Positions 38,522 through 48,544 of a DNA stretch of 64,000 bases are shown here, piece by piece. A program made the position numbers and the translations under genes. Source of the stretch: a bacterium (GTDB taxonomy: Bacteria > UBA8248); the NCBI GenBank assembly GCA_965204535.1, contig OZ241996.1, forward strand, positions 1,529,654 to 1,593,653, in the 5' to 3' direction. Every line of letters starts with the position of its first letter. Position 1 is the stretch's first letter. Under the pieces are notes generated by a model. That model searched no databases. It was not told where the DNA came from and saw only the letters and a program-made list of their open reading frames with translations.

Positions 38522-39100
38522 TCACCACTGCGACGGCTCGCCCTGAGCGGTCCCCCGCCAGGGGGAAATCCATATCGCCGCGGCCAGGATGCACGCCTTG
38601 AGCACGTCCGTGACGACATAGGCGCCGTGGTAGCGCCCGAACTCGCTCTGCACGGCGGGCGCGCCCCCCGAAGCCTCCGTGCTCGTGAGGATTCTGCCGA
38701 GCGCTTCTATTTTCGGCGAGAACCAGAAGACGTGCACACCCACGATGAGAAGGAGACACCCGGCCAGCACGAGCGGCAAACCACTCATCCGTCCCGCCCA
38801 CCAGAGAAAGCAGAACAACAAAACGCAGAACATGAATTGCAGGCGGTTCCATGCGCGGAAAATGCGGGCATTCACCTCTCGCGCGGCCATGCGGCCCTTG
38901 ATTTCAGTCGTCGAGGCGGGTTCGAACAGCTTGGAGGCCACCGGGTTTTTCCCCGCGTCGAACGTATCGAAGGAATTCGTCGCGGCCCACCACACGCCCA
39001 GCGTGAGGGCGAGCCAGGATACGAGAAGAGCGAAGTGCAAAGAACGAACCAGAGCGGTCAAGCCAGACTCCTCGATCCGGGAATAGACACACTTGAGCAC
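38522..39100 (-). CDS. DUF4149-like membrane protein
   Basis: Four hydrophobic segments; 'F.RYHGAY' resembles the DUF4149 'F..LH..S' motif. Confidence 0.65.
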   Translation of the reverse strand: MLKCVYSRIEESGLTALVRSLHFALLVSWLALTLGVWWAATNSFDTFDAGKNPVASKLFEPASTTEIKGRMAAREVNARIFRAWNRLQFMFCVLLFCFLWWAGRMSGLPLVLAGCLLLIVGVHVFWFSPKIEALGRILTSTEASGGAPAVQSEFGRYHGAYVVTDVLKACILAAAIWISPWRGTAQGEPSQW

Positions 39101-39184
39101 GGACCTTCAATGTACTCGACAAGCACGGCGGCTCACAAGCCACAGGCGCAAGGAGCGGGCCCCTGCGCAAGGCGCGATGATCTC

Positions 39185-39360
39185 GTAGGGGCGCTTCGTG
39201 AAGCGCCCGTTTCATTTAGGGGGGTCGTTCGCGAACGACCCCTACGTCACAACCGGAGATGACGACCGTAGGGGCGACCCCCTGTGGCCGCCCTCCCCCC
39301 ACCCCTGTCCCGAGGAGGGACAACCACAGGGGCAGGACAGGCACGGAGGCCTGTCCCTAC
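39185..39360. repeat. Cluster of two GTAG-REP inverted pairs
   Basis: GTAGGGGCGCTTCGTGAAGCGCCC (39185), GGGGTCGTTCGCGAACGACCCCTAC (to 39245), GTAGGGGCGACC (39268), GGACAGGCACGGAGGCCTGTCCCTAC (to 39360). Confidence 0.85.
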
Positions 39361-39506
39361 GGCGAACAATCTCGAAGGTCGGATAGACTTTTCACAACGG
39401 CCCCGGTCAGCGCTCCCCGGCGTATCGCCCAAAGCAATGCTGGACACCGCGTTGCGCGAACACTTAGAATGATTGGCGAGGCACCGCGGCTCACGGGGAG
39501 ATTGTC

Positions 39507-41156
39507 ATGACAGAAAACGCTTCCACGGCCTACAAGTCTCCCGCCAAAATCGAGGCTTTGCTCTCCCGCCAGAAAGAAGAAGGCTACCTCTCGAAAGAGG
39601 CGATCACCGAGGTCTCCAAAGACCTGGGCGTTCCCATCTACGATTCCTACGGCATCGCCAGCTTTTTCCCGCACTTTCACCTGGAAAAACCCGCGAAACC
39701 CAAAGTCCAGATATGCCGGGACATGAGCTGTCTGCTCGCAGGCGGCGATGCGCTCTTAGAAAGTGCGAAAAAACTCGCGCGACGCGCGGGCGTCAGGAAC
39801 CTCCGGCCCGAAAGCTGCGCCTGCCTGGGCCGCTGCGACAAGGGGCCCGCCGCCGAGATCGAGGGCCGCATCTATTCATCCCTCGCGGATGAAAAATTTC
39901 AAAACATCCTCGCGTCCTGGAAAAACGGGCGCCTGAGTCCCGCCACCAGGGCGCAGAAGCTGAAACACGCATCGCGCATCAACCCTTACCGCAAGAACGA
40001 GGCTTATGGGGTCCTGCGAGCGTTGATGAGAAACGACAAGCCCGAGAGCGTCATCGACGTACTCAAGGACAGCGGCCTGCGCGGCATGGGAGGCGCCGGT
40101 TTTCCGGTCGGGCTCAAGTGGAGTTTCGTCCTGAGCGCGCCGGGGGATGAGAAATTCGTCGTCTGCAACGCCGATGAGAGCGAACCGGGCACGTTCAAGG
40201 ACCGCGCCATCATGGACACATACCCCGAACTCGTCGTCGAGGGAATGCTCATCGCCTGCCGGGCCGTTGGGGCTGTGCGCGCCATCATCTACATACGCCA
40301 CGAATACGGCGGGCAGGCGAAAAGGCTCGGAAAAGCCATCGAACGCGCGCGCAAGGCGCGGCTGGTCGGCACGAAGACCACCCCCACTCTCGAAATCTTC
40401 ACCAGCCCCGGCGGGTACATCTGCGGAGAGGAGACGGCGCTCCTGGAAGTCCTGGAGGACAAGCGCGCCCAGCCACGCGACAAACCCCCCTTCCCAGGCT
40501 CCGAGGGTCTGTTCGGCAAGCCCACCCTCATCAACAACGTCGAGACCTTTGCGCTCATACCGGCGGTGCTGAAGTATGGAGCGGCGTGGTTCACCTCCTT
40601 CGGGCGAAACGGGAGCAAAGGCTTCAAGGTGGTGGGCGTGAGTGGTGCGGTCAGGAAACCGGGGGTCTACGAGGTGGAGTTCGGTACGCCGATCCGGGAG
40701 ATCATAGAAGGCCCCGCGGGCGGGCTGCCCCCGGGCGCGCGCTTGAAGGCGTTCTCGCCCGGCGGGGCCAGCAGCGGATTTCTGCCCGTGAGCCTCGTCG
40801 ATATTCCCTATGACTTCACGCCCCTCCAGGAGACGGGCAGCATGCTGGGCAGCGGGGCGCTCGTCGTCATCCCCGAGGGGGTGGACATGGTCGCGCTCGC
40901 CCACAACGTGGTGCGCTTTTTCAGGGACGAGTCCTGCGGCAAGTGCGTACCCTGCCGCCTGGGGACGGAAAAACTCACCGCCTTTCTGGAGCGGGCCTTA
41001 AGCGGCGAGGCGCGGGCAACGGAGCTTCCCGCCATGCGCGAGATATGCGAGGCCATGAAGGACACCTCCATCTGCGGCCTCGGACAGGCCGCGCCGATTC
41101 CCTATCTCTCGCTCTTCGAATACTTCGAGGCGGACATCGAGGCGAGACTGAAATGA
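39507..41156 (+). CDS. NuoE/NuoF-like fused diaphorase subunit of NAD-linked formate dehydrogenase (FdsG+FdsB-like)
   Basis: 2Fe-2S motif 'CRDMSC...CLGRC', 'LRGMGGAGFP', 'NADESEPGTFKDR', 'YICGEETAL', 'ESCGKCVPCR...SICGLG'. Confidence 0.9.
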   Translation: MTENASTAYKSPAKIEALLSRQKEEGYLSKEAITEVSKDLGVPIYDSYGIASFFPHFHLEKPAKPKVQICRDMSCLLAGGDALLESAKKLARRAGVRNLRPESCACLGRCDKGPAAEIEGRIYSSLADEKFQNILASWKNGRLSPATRAQKLKHASRINPYRKNEAYGVLRALMRNDKPESVIDVLKDSGLRGMGGAGFPVGLKWSFVLSAPGDEKFVVCNADESEPGTFKDRAIMDTYPELVVEGMLIACRAVGAVRAIIYIRHEYGGQAKRLGKAIERARKARLVGTKTTPTLEIFTSPGGYICGEETALLEVLEDKRAQPRDKPPFPGSEGLFGKPTLINNVETFALIPAVLKYGAAWFTSFGRNGSKGFKVVGVSGAVRKPGVYEVEFGTPIREIIEGPAGGLPPGARLKAFSPGGASSGFLPVSLVDIPYDFTPLQETGSMLGSGALVVIPEGVDMVALAHNVVRFFRDESCGKCVPCRLGTEKLTAFLERALSGEARATELPAMREICEAMKDTSICGLGQAAPIPYLSLFEYFEADIEARLK

Positions 41157-41171
41157 CGGCGGGGCTGAACA

Positions 41172-43913
41172 ATGCCTGACGACAAGACGGTTACGATCAC
41201 CATCGACGGCCGGGAGATAGAGGCCGGGGCCGGCGCGACCATCTGGGAGGCGGCGCAGTCGATGGGGGTCGAGGTCCCCAGGCTCTGCCATCAGCCCGGG
41301 GTGGAGCCCGTGGGGGTGTGCCGCGTGTGCGCCGTCGAGGTCGAGGGCGCCAGAACGCTCGTTCCCTCGTGCCACCGCAAAGTCGAGCCCGGCATGGTGA
41401 TCCGCACGGGCAGCGAGCGCGTCGTGCGCGCCCAGAAAACGCTCGTGGCCATGCTCATGGCGGACCACGGCGTTCCGTCCGAGCCTGAGAACTGCGAACT
41501 CACCGCGCTTGCCGGGCAACTCGAAGCCGGAAACGGCGTGAGCGCCTTACCATCCAAGGAAGCGGGGCGGGCGCAGGATTTCTCGTCTTCCGTTATCGCC
41601 GTCGATCACAGCGCGTGCATCCTGTGCGACCGCTGCATCCGCGCCTGCACGGACGTACAGGGCAACAACGTCATCGGGCGGGGCGGCAAGGGCGCGAGCG
41701 CGAGGATCGTGTTCGACGCGGACCTGCCCATGGGCGAATCCACCTGCGTCTCCTGCGGGGAGTGCATGGCCGCCTGCCCCACCGACGCGCTCACGAACAA
41801 ATCCCTCACGCTGCAAATCGCCCCCGACAAGCCCAAGGAGGTGGATTCGGTCTGCCCCTACTGCGGCGTGGGTTGCTCCATCACCTACCAGGTGGCCGGC
41901 AACACCCTCTTGAGCGTCCGGGGGGACGAGACGAGTCCCGTGAACCGGGGCCGGCTCTGCGTGAAGGGGCGCTACGGGTTCGACTACGCCCATCACCCCG
42001 ACCGCCTCACGACCCCCCTCATCCGCAAGGAAGGCGCACCCAAGACGAAGGAACTTCCTGGAGATCCGCTCTCCCTGTTCCGCGAGGCGAGCTGGGAGGA
42101 AGCCATGGACCTGGCGGCGGCCTCGCTGGGGAAAATCCACGAGACCCACGGCCCATCGAGCATGGCCGGCTTCGGTTCGGCCAAGTGCTCGAACGAGGAC
42201 AACTACCTCTTCCAGAAGCTCATCCGCGCCGTATTCGGGACGAACAACGTGGATCACTGCACGCGGCTCTGCCATTCGAGCTCGGTGGCCGCCCTGTTCC
42301 AGACCATCGGCTCGAGCGCGGTGAGCAACCCCTTCTCCGACGCCTTGAAGGCGGATTTCATCCTCGTGGCCGGGGCGAACGCCACCGAAAACCACCCCGT
42401 GGCCGCCACCTTCATCAAGCAGGCCGCAAGCGCAGGCGCGACGCTGGCCGTGGTCGACCCGAGACGTATCGACCTGGTCGATCACGCGGACATGTTCGTG
42501 CAGTTCCGCCCCGGCACGGACGTGGCGCTCTTCAACGGACTCCTGAACGTGGTGATCGAAGAAAAACTCTACGACGCCGACTTCATCGCCGCGCGCACGG
42601 AAGGTTTCGGGGAACTCGCAGAAAACGTAAAGCCCTACACGCCCGAGAACGTCGCCAAACTCACCGGCGTCCCGGCCGAAACGCTTCGGGAACTGGCCAG
42701 GGGGTACGCGACCTCCGGGCGCAGCATGACCTTCTGGGGCATGGGACTCTCCCAGCACACCCACGGCACGGACAACTGCCGCGCGCTCATCGCACTTTGC
42801 CTCATTTGCGGGCAGGTAGGCCGGGAGGGAACGGGCTTGCACCCCCTGCGGGGCCAGAACAACGTGCAGGGCGCATCCGACGTGGGCCTCATCCCGATGG
42901 TCTATTCCGCCTATCAGGACGTCGCCTCGCCCACGATACGCCGAAAGTTCGAAAAGGCCTGGGGCCGCAAGCTCGACCCCGAACCCGGCCTCACCGTCAT
43001 GGAGATCGCCGACGCCGCCAACCGGGGCGAGATAAAGGGCATGTACATCATGGGCGAGAACCCGGCCATGAGCGACCCGAACCTCAACCACTCGCGCGGC
43101 GCGCTGGCGAACCTCGAATTCCTCGTCGTCCAGGATATTTTCCTCACGGAAACCGCCTATTTCGCCGATGTCGTCCTGCCCTCCACGGCGTTCCCTGAAA
43201 AAACGGGCACCTATACGAACACCGACCGGAGAGTGCAGATCGGCAGGCGCGCCATCGACCCGCCCGGCGAGGCCAGGGAGGACTGGCGCATCGTGGCCGA
43301 ACTCTCGGAACGCCTCGGATATCCAATGGAATATGAGTCCGAATCTGAAATTTTCGATGAAATCGCCTCCTTGACGCCGTTCATGGCGGGAATGTCCTAC
43401 GACCGGCTGGGCGATCACGGCCTCGTCTGGCCGTGCACAAGGCCCAATCACAAGGGCAAGGATGTCCTCTTCGATAAATCGTTCCCCTCAGGCCGCGGAA
43501 AGCTCATTCCCGTCCAATACGCCCCCGCCAGGGAGTTGCCCGATGACGAATTTCCCTTCGTGCTCAACACGGGGCGCAACATCTACCACTGGCACACCGG
43601 GGCCATCACCAGAAGGGCGCAGGCTTTGGAGGCCGCCGAACCCGGCCCCTACGTCGAAATGGCGCCCGAAGACCTGAAACGCCTGAGGATCAGAGCCGAT
43701 TCGGACGTTCGCGTGGAATCGAGGCGCGGGGAGATCACCCTCCCCGCCCGGGCTTCCGCGCGGGTGCGGCCGGGGCAGGTGTTCATCCCGTTCCACTACG
43801 TGGAGGCCGCCGCGAACCTGCTCACAGTGGACGACTTGGACCCTTACGGGAAAATCCCCGAGTTCAAGTTCTGCGCCGTGCGGGTGAGAAGGCCGAGAAA
43901 ACGGCGGCGGTGA
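41172..43913 (+). CDS. fdsA: Formate dehydrogenase alpha subunit (Mo/W-bisPGD, Cys ligand)
   Basis: N-terminal 2Fe-2S, two CxxCxxCxxxC motifs, 'CPYCGVGC', 'NNVDHCTRLCH', 'LRGQNNVQG', 'IPEFKFCAV'. Confidence 0.9.
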   Translation: MPDDKTVTITIDGREIEAGAGATIWEAAQSMGVEVPRLCHQPGVEPVGVCRVCAVEVEGARTLVPSCHRKVEPGMVIRTGSERVVRAQKTLVAMLMADHGVPSEPENCELTALAGQLEAGNGVSALPSKEAGRAQDFSSSVIAVDHSACILCDRCIRACTDVQGNNVIGRGGKGASARIVFDADLPMGESTCVSCGECMAACPTDALTNKSLTLQIAPDKPKEVDSVCPYCGVGCSITYQVAGNTLLSVRGDETSPVNRGRLCVKGRYGFDYAHHPDRLTTPLIRKEGAPKTKELPGDPLSLFREASWEEAMDLAAASLGKIHETHGPSSMAGFGSAKCSNEDNYLFQKLIRAVFGTNNVDHCTRLCHSSSVAALFQTIGSSAVSNPFSDALKADFILVAGANATENHPVAATFIKQAASAGATLAVVDPRRIDLVDHADMFVQFRPGTDVALFNGLLNVVIEEKLYDADFIAARTEGFGELAENVKPYTPENVAKLTGVPAETLRELARGYATSGRSMTFWGMGLSQHTHGTDNCRALIALCLICGQVGREGTGLHPLRGQNNVQGASDVGLIPMVYSAYQDVASPTIRRKFEKAWGRKLDPEPGLTVMEIADAANRGEIKGMYIMGENPAMSDPNLNHSRGALANLEFLVVQDIFLTETAYFADVVLPSTAFPEKTGTYTNTDRRVQIGRRAIDPPGEAREDWRIVAELSERLGYPMEYESESEIFDEIASLTPFMAGMSYDRLGDHGLVWPCTRPNHKGKDVLFDKSFPSGRGKLIPVQYAPARELPDDEFPFVLNTGRNIYHWHTGAITRRAQALEAAEPGPYVEMAPEDLKRLRIRADSDVRVESRRGEITLPARASARVRPGQVFIPFHYVEAAANLLTVDDLDPYGKIPEFKFCAVRVRRPRKRRR

Positions 43914-44056
43914 AAGAAGCCTATCAGGGATTCCCAGCATTTCCAATTAAAGTGTTACTTTACTTATAACATGCAACGAATTGTTAGATATAAATTTATC
44001 TAAATTTGAAATCTGAAAGGAGGGATATTCTTGAGTAGCTTTGTATCTAAAAGTCC

Positions 44057-44392
44057 CTAAGAAATTTTTTGAAGTTCATCATGCGGTATCTTTTCTCCGT
44101 ATACATATATATTTCCTTCCCAATCTTCAAAATAAAATGACCGGCGTTTTCTTTCTCTTAAAATTTCATTTGCCTCTGAAGATAATAAGGTGACTTCATG
44201 CCAAAATTTAATTTCAAATTTATCTCGCTCTATTGTATCTCTAAACTCTTTTCGAGTTTCTTCACTATACCTCTTCAGAATATTTTGAATGTAGCATCGA
44301 ATCCCTTCTGCACGTTGTTCATCATCCACAGTGGAATAGTCTGGCTCTGCATAGGTTTTATGAATCTCATCGAACAATTCAGACATCATCAT
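44057..44392 (-). CDS. Hypothetical protein in the AT-rich island
   Basis: Charged ~111-aa ORF with AT-rich codons, co-oriented downstream of the methyltransferase. Confidence 0.55.
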   Translation of the reverse strand: MMMSELFDEIHKTYAEPDYSTVDDEQRAEGIRCYIQNILKRYSEETRKEFRDTIERDKFEIKFWHEVTLLSSEANEILRERKRRSFYFEDWEGNIYVYGEKIPHDELQKIS

Positions 44393-44490
44393 TTTCCCTT
44401 TCCCCATTGCAAACTTCTACATATAACGTAATTTTTCTGACGAACTTTTTGGGCTCGGTTAAGTTTGCAATTTTTTTATCCGCCCTTTTC

Positions 44491-45639
44491 CTATTTCTGT
44501 AATAAAAATAAAAACTCTCTATTTGGCCTCTCGACTTCCGGCAACCATTCATTCGTCCACTTCATCGTCGCCATCACGTTTCGCTTATATTCAATTGCTA
44601 AAGTCTTAACAAGTTCTCCATTGTCTCTAATTACCTCATTTAGCTCATTCGCCGTCGCCCTTCCGCCAGAACTGTAAGAAAGCAAAACCCACTCACATGG
44701 CGTTTGCTTGAGCAAACGATCGATTGCATCTACCACAACAAATTTCCCAGAAGCATTCCTGCGAAATTCCTCGAATACCGAGATCGCCACTTTGTCAGAT
44801 GTGTCTTCTCTTCGTAACGCTTTTCCAAAAAGCGGGGGTTCGTCGTTTCGGCAAATTGTGGTCCACAGATGATAATATGAGGCGTATCGCACCCTCGAAG
44901 GAGGCATCTTTTCGTTATTCGAACCATACGGCGGATCATAATAGGCGAGATCGACATCAACACTGGGAAGAGATTCGAAAACATCACCGCACAAAACTGT
45001 ATGCTCGATCTCGTTTCGCCATAATTGGGGAACTTTCAGCCTTAAATCCTTGAATGAACGCAAAGACCAGCTTTTCAGGTATGAAACAAAATGGCCAATT
45101 GTGCTATCTACTTCGTCCAACGCAAGAATCAGGCTCGTTAAAGCCACGCTTTTAGAAATTTCATCGAGACGTAGGCTATCTATTTCTTTTCTTATAGCGT
45201 CGAGTTTTCTAGTGTTCTTTTTCTGCCAAGGCTTCTTGGTACCATCACTCTGGATAGCGTTGTCACATTCGCTAGCATTAACTTCTCCACCGTAATTCTC
45301 GGTGAACCAACCATCTTCGGGAGGAAGAGAATTCAAATGATCGATAAGTGATTGATATTCCTGTAGATTTTCAAGATTCTTCAAATAACATGTGCCAAAA
45401 ATTCTTGACCACTCCGAAATATCATTCGATACCACTTGGTAGCCCGCTTTGGCGAAAGCTTGGCTTACTCTAGTGGAACCCGAGAAGCCGTCGAAAACGT
45501 TTTTCGCGCCGGTCTTTTTCGACAATTCAAGGATATAGGGAATCAATTTGAGCTTGGAGCCGATGTACTTGATGCCCTCGGTCGTAGGTGTTTCAACGAA
45601 ATTATCGAAAAGCAAACCCTGCTCTTGCATCATGTTCAC
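44491..45639 (-). CDS. N6-adenine DNA methyltransferase (D12/Dam-like alpha class)
   Basis: 'KYIGSK', 'DGFSGS' (motif I) before 'YDPPY' (motif IV), 'LSYS'. The GTG start overlaps the upstream stop. Confidence 0.9.
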   Translation of the reverse strand: MNMMQEQGLLFDNFVETPTTEGIKYIGSKLKLIPYILELSKKTGAKNVFDGFSGSTRVSQAFAKAGYQVVSNDISEWSRIFGTCYLKNLENLQEYQSLIDHLNSLPPEDGWFTENYGGEVNASECDNAIQSDGTKKPWQKKNTRKLDAIRKEIDSLRLDEISKSVALTSLILALDEVDSTIGHFVSYLKSWSLRSFKDLRLKVPQLWRNEIEHTVLCGDVFESLPSVDVDLAYYDPPYGSNNEKMPPSRVRYASYYHLWTTICRNDEPPLFGKALRREDTSDKVAISVFEEFRRNASGKFVVVDAIDRLLKQTPCEWVLLSYSSGGRATANELNEVIRDNGELVKTLAIEYKRNVMATMKWTNEWLPEVERPNREFLFLLQK

Positions 45640-46481
45640 CTGATATTTGAAAATCGCTTGAGTCGAATAATATCTTCTTTAATTTTTTCAAGAGCCTCAT
45701 GATGACCGGTCTCGGTAGATACGAGTGCATGAGAGAAGAGCTTAACTAAGACAAGATTATGAGAGTAATCGATCCAGCCTCCTGTAATGCTGTCAAAGTA
45801 ACCCAACCCATTTTTCGTATGAGTCCAAAGGCCCCTTTGGAGTGCATTTGCAGTTGCATCTCCATAACGAACCTCACAAACGTAGGCGTCATTAGCGTTA
45901 TAAAATCGATACACAGGATGTATTCTGCCTCTCGTTCCCTCCTCTCTTGAAATTCTGACTGTTTCGGCCTCTGCACGACGATAATCGAACACCAGAATAT
46001 TACAACGTTGGGACTTTTCGTCATAAATAAGAGGCAAGACATTTATGTTTCGAAAATCGGAAAAAGCAGTATCGGAGAATACTCTTTGAACGTTTTCTCT
46101 TCCTGTAATATCCGCGTTTTCCTGCTCTAGCCGCGGAAACATCTTGAAATTTTTATCTGTGGAAAGTTGAAGCGGTCCGTCCCCATAAGCTTTCAAGCTA
46201 ACTGGAAATTCAATCTTGGTTATTTCGTTAATTATTTTGATGTCCTCTTCTTTCGATTTGGCTCTATACAAATCTTTACCCACATGTTCAGAGCGAAAAT
46301 CATACATATATTGGTTGATGAACTCGGCTATAGCGATTTCCGCCAGATCCCCATGTGTCTTATTCCCGATGAGACGCATAGTAAATATATTGCTCAACGT
46401 CGTTGTGATTAAACCCGGGTGTTTTTGGACAAGAAGTTTCAGGCGTGTCGTGAAATCTTTGTAAGGATCGAACTGATTCAT
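45636..46481 (-). CDS. Putative type II restriction endonuclease
   Basis: Translationally coupled to the MTase, AT-rich, PD-(D/E)xK-like 'G..AE...EDI...VSLK' pattern. Confidence 0.65.
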   Translation of the reverse strand: MNQFDPYKDFTTRLKLLVQKHPGLITTTLSNIFTMRLIGNKTHGDLAEIAIAEFINQYMYDFRSEHVGKDLYRAKSKEEDIKIINEITKIEFPVSLKAYGDGPLQLSTDKNFKMFPRLEQENADITGRENVQRVFSDTAFSDFRNINVLPLIYDEKSQRCNILVFDYRRAEAETVRISREEGTRGRIHPVYRFYNANDAYVCEVRYGDATANALQRGLWTHTKNGLGYFDSITGGWIDYSHNLVLVKLFSHALVSTETGHHEALEKIKEDIIRLKRFSNIR

Positions 46482-46637
46482 CACTTAACCAATTCCATAG
46501 GCCGAAACGCGACCAGCTACCTCACTAACAGAGGTTTTTATCCGATCGATTCTGTAATTGGGCGGGATTGTAATAACTGGTACATTAAGTGCAACTCTAT
46601 GATAACCCTATATCTGTAATTTTCCAAACGACTCCCC

Positions 46638-47543
46638 TCACCGAAAACTCGTGATCAGGAATCCCCCCAGCACCACCAGGCCCGCCGCGCCGAAAAGGCG
46701 CGCGTTCACGCGCTCCATGTCGCCCATGAAGACGAGGCTCAGGAGCACCACCCATATCGGGGCGGTGCGGCTCAAGGGCAAGACAACGGTGACGTCCGAA
46801 AACGTGAGCGTGTACCACAAAAGCCCGGTGGCGGTGGCGGAGAATACCGAGCCGAGTAGTATCCAGCTTACGTCGCGCCTGTCCGCCTGTATCTTGCCGC
46901 TCGCGCCCAGAAACGGCTTCGCGCACAGGAGAAAGAGGAAACCCGCCAGAAAGGCGAAGCCCACCGCCGCGAAGGGCGTCCTCTGCTCGGCGTAGCCGAT
47001 TTTCGCGATGACCGGCATGGCGGCGTACATGAACGAGGCGAAGACGGGGAAAATGAGCGCGCGGCGGAATTCGGGCCCCATGCCGCCCTTTTCGACGGCC
47101 TTGCCCTCGCCCATCGAGATGAGCGCCACGCCGCCCACGATGGAGAGCGTCCCGAGAACCACCGCGACGCCCGGTTGCTCGCCCAGAAAGAACGCAGCGA
47201 AAAAAACCGCCCATATCGGGGCCGAGGCCTGCACGGGGCTCGTCCGGCTCGCGCCGATGCGCTGAATGGCGGTGTAGGACGCCAGGTGGCCCATCCCCTG
47301 CCCCAGACAGCCCGCCAGCATGAACCACAAGACGGGCTTGAGCGATGAGGTCTGCAGCGTACCCAGGGAAAAAGCGATGCTCAGGAGCAAAAAACTCGCC
47401 ACGGCGTTGGTGATGAGCACGCCCGTGATGGGAGAGGCATTCCTCAATCCCCGGCGGAAGGAGATGAGCGCCCCCGAGTAGATGAACGAAGATGCGAGGG
47501 CGAGGATTTCGCCCGACATGAAAAAAGGAGGTTGCGCGTTCAT
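46638..47543 (-). CDS. DMT (EamA) family transporter
   Basis: Ten TMs, internal duplication, 'FLGE', 'PLSRTAP'. Confidence 0.88.
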   Translation of the reverse strand: MNAQPPFFMSGEILALASSFIYSGALISFRRGLRNASPITGVLITNAVASFLLLSIAFSLGTLQTSSLKPVLWFMLAGCLGQGMGHLASYTAIQRIGASRTSPVQASAPIWAVFFAAFFLGEQPGVAVVLGTLSIVGGVALISMGEGKAVEKGGMGPEFRRALIFPVFASFMYAAMPVIAKIGYAEQRTPFAAVGFAFLAGFLFLLCAKPFLGASGKIQADRRDVSWILLGSVFSATATGLLWYTLTFSDVTVVLPLSRTAPIWVVLLSLVFMGDMERVNARLFGAAGLVVLGGFLITSFR

Positions 47544-47593
47544 GGGCGCGACTATACACGGCCCGAGGTTTTGAGGCGAGATGAGCGGGCGTT

Positions 47594-48493
47594 TTACTTA
47601 AAGGCGGTGATCAGCACGCCGCCCGCCACGACCATCCCCGCCGCCAGGACGATGCGCGAGGTGATGCGCTCGAGCCCGCCCAGGAAGAGATAGGTCCACA
47701 GCACGACCCACAGGGGCACGAGCCGGCTCAGCGGCAGCACGGTCGAGACGGGGGCGATGCTCATCGCCGTCCAGAACATGATGGCCGCCAGCGTTGTGGT
47801 GATGCCCGCGCCGAGAAACAGATAGACGGCTCTCCTGTCGGCTTCGAGCTTGCCGCCGTCGGGCAGGAGGGGGCGCGTTACAGCCAGGAGCACGGTTCCC
47901 GCCGTGAAGGCGCACGCAAAGCCCATGATGGGGGTTTTCTGGTAGGAGAACGCGACGTTCGCCAGCACGGGCAGCAGCCCGTAGGAGAGCGCGGAGGTGA
48001 GCGGGTAGACGAGCGCGCCCTGAAAGAAATTCTTGAAACTCTGGTCCGCGCGCCGCTCGCCCAGCGAGAGCAGGCAGACGCCCGCAACGATCAGAACCGT
48101 CCCCATCGCCACGCCGACGCCGGGCCGCTCGCCGAGAAACATCATCGCGAAGGTAACCGAGAAGATGGGCGTTGAGGATTGAATCGGCACCGAGCGGCTT
48201 ACGCCCATCCTCTCGATGCCGATGGCGTTCGTGAGTTGCCCCACGCCCTGCCCCAGGCACCCGCCGAGCATGAAGATCAGGACGGGCGTGAGCATGGATT
48301 CCTGGAGTGTGCCACGAGCAGCGGCGATGATGAGCCCCAGGACGGAGACGGTCGAACTCAAGATAAGCACGCCCGCTATCGGCGTCGCGCTCCTCACCCC
48401 CTGGCGGATGGCGATGAGTGACGTCGAATAGGATATGGACGCCCCTATCGCCAGCAATTCCCCCCAGCCTGCCTGTGCGAAAAGACCCGACAT
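47594..48493 (-). CDS. DMT (EamA) family transporter
   Basis: Ten TMs, 'FLGERP', 'PLSRLVP'. Confidence 0.88.
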   Translation of the reverse strand: MSGLFAQAGWGELLAIGASISYSTSLIAIRQGVRSATPIAGVLILSSTVSVLGLIIAAARGTLQESMLTPVLIFMLGGCLGQGVGQLTNAIGIERMGVSRSVPIQSSTPIFSVTFAMMFLGERPGVGVAMGTVLIVAGVCLLSLGERRADQSFKNFFQGALVYPLTSALSYGLLPVLANVAFSYQKTPIMGFACAFTAGTVLLAVTRPLLPDGGKLEADRRAVYLFLGAGITTTLAAIMFWTAMSIAPVSTVLPLSRLVPLWVVLWTYLFLGGLERITSRIVLAAGMVVAGGVLITAFK

Positions 48494-48544
48494 TTTATGA
48501 CTGACTGCTCCTCGATAATGCGCATCGCCCCGCAGCCGGGGCGC

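Noticed and set aside
39185-39360. REP clusters as a CRISPR array
   Set aside because: Units are inverted, differ in sequence and are irregularly spaced; no cas genes in the window.
41172-43913. Selenocysteine in formate dehydrogenase
   Set aside because: The ligand codon is TGC (TRLCH) and the ORF is uninterrupted.
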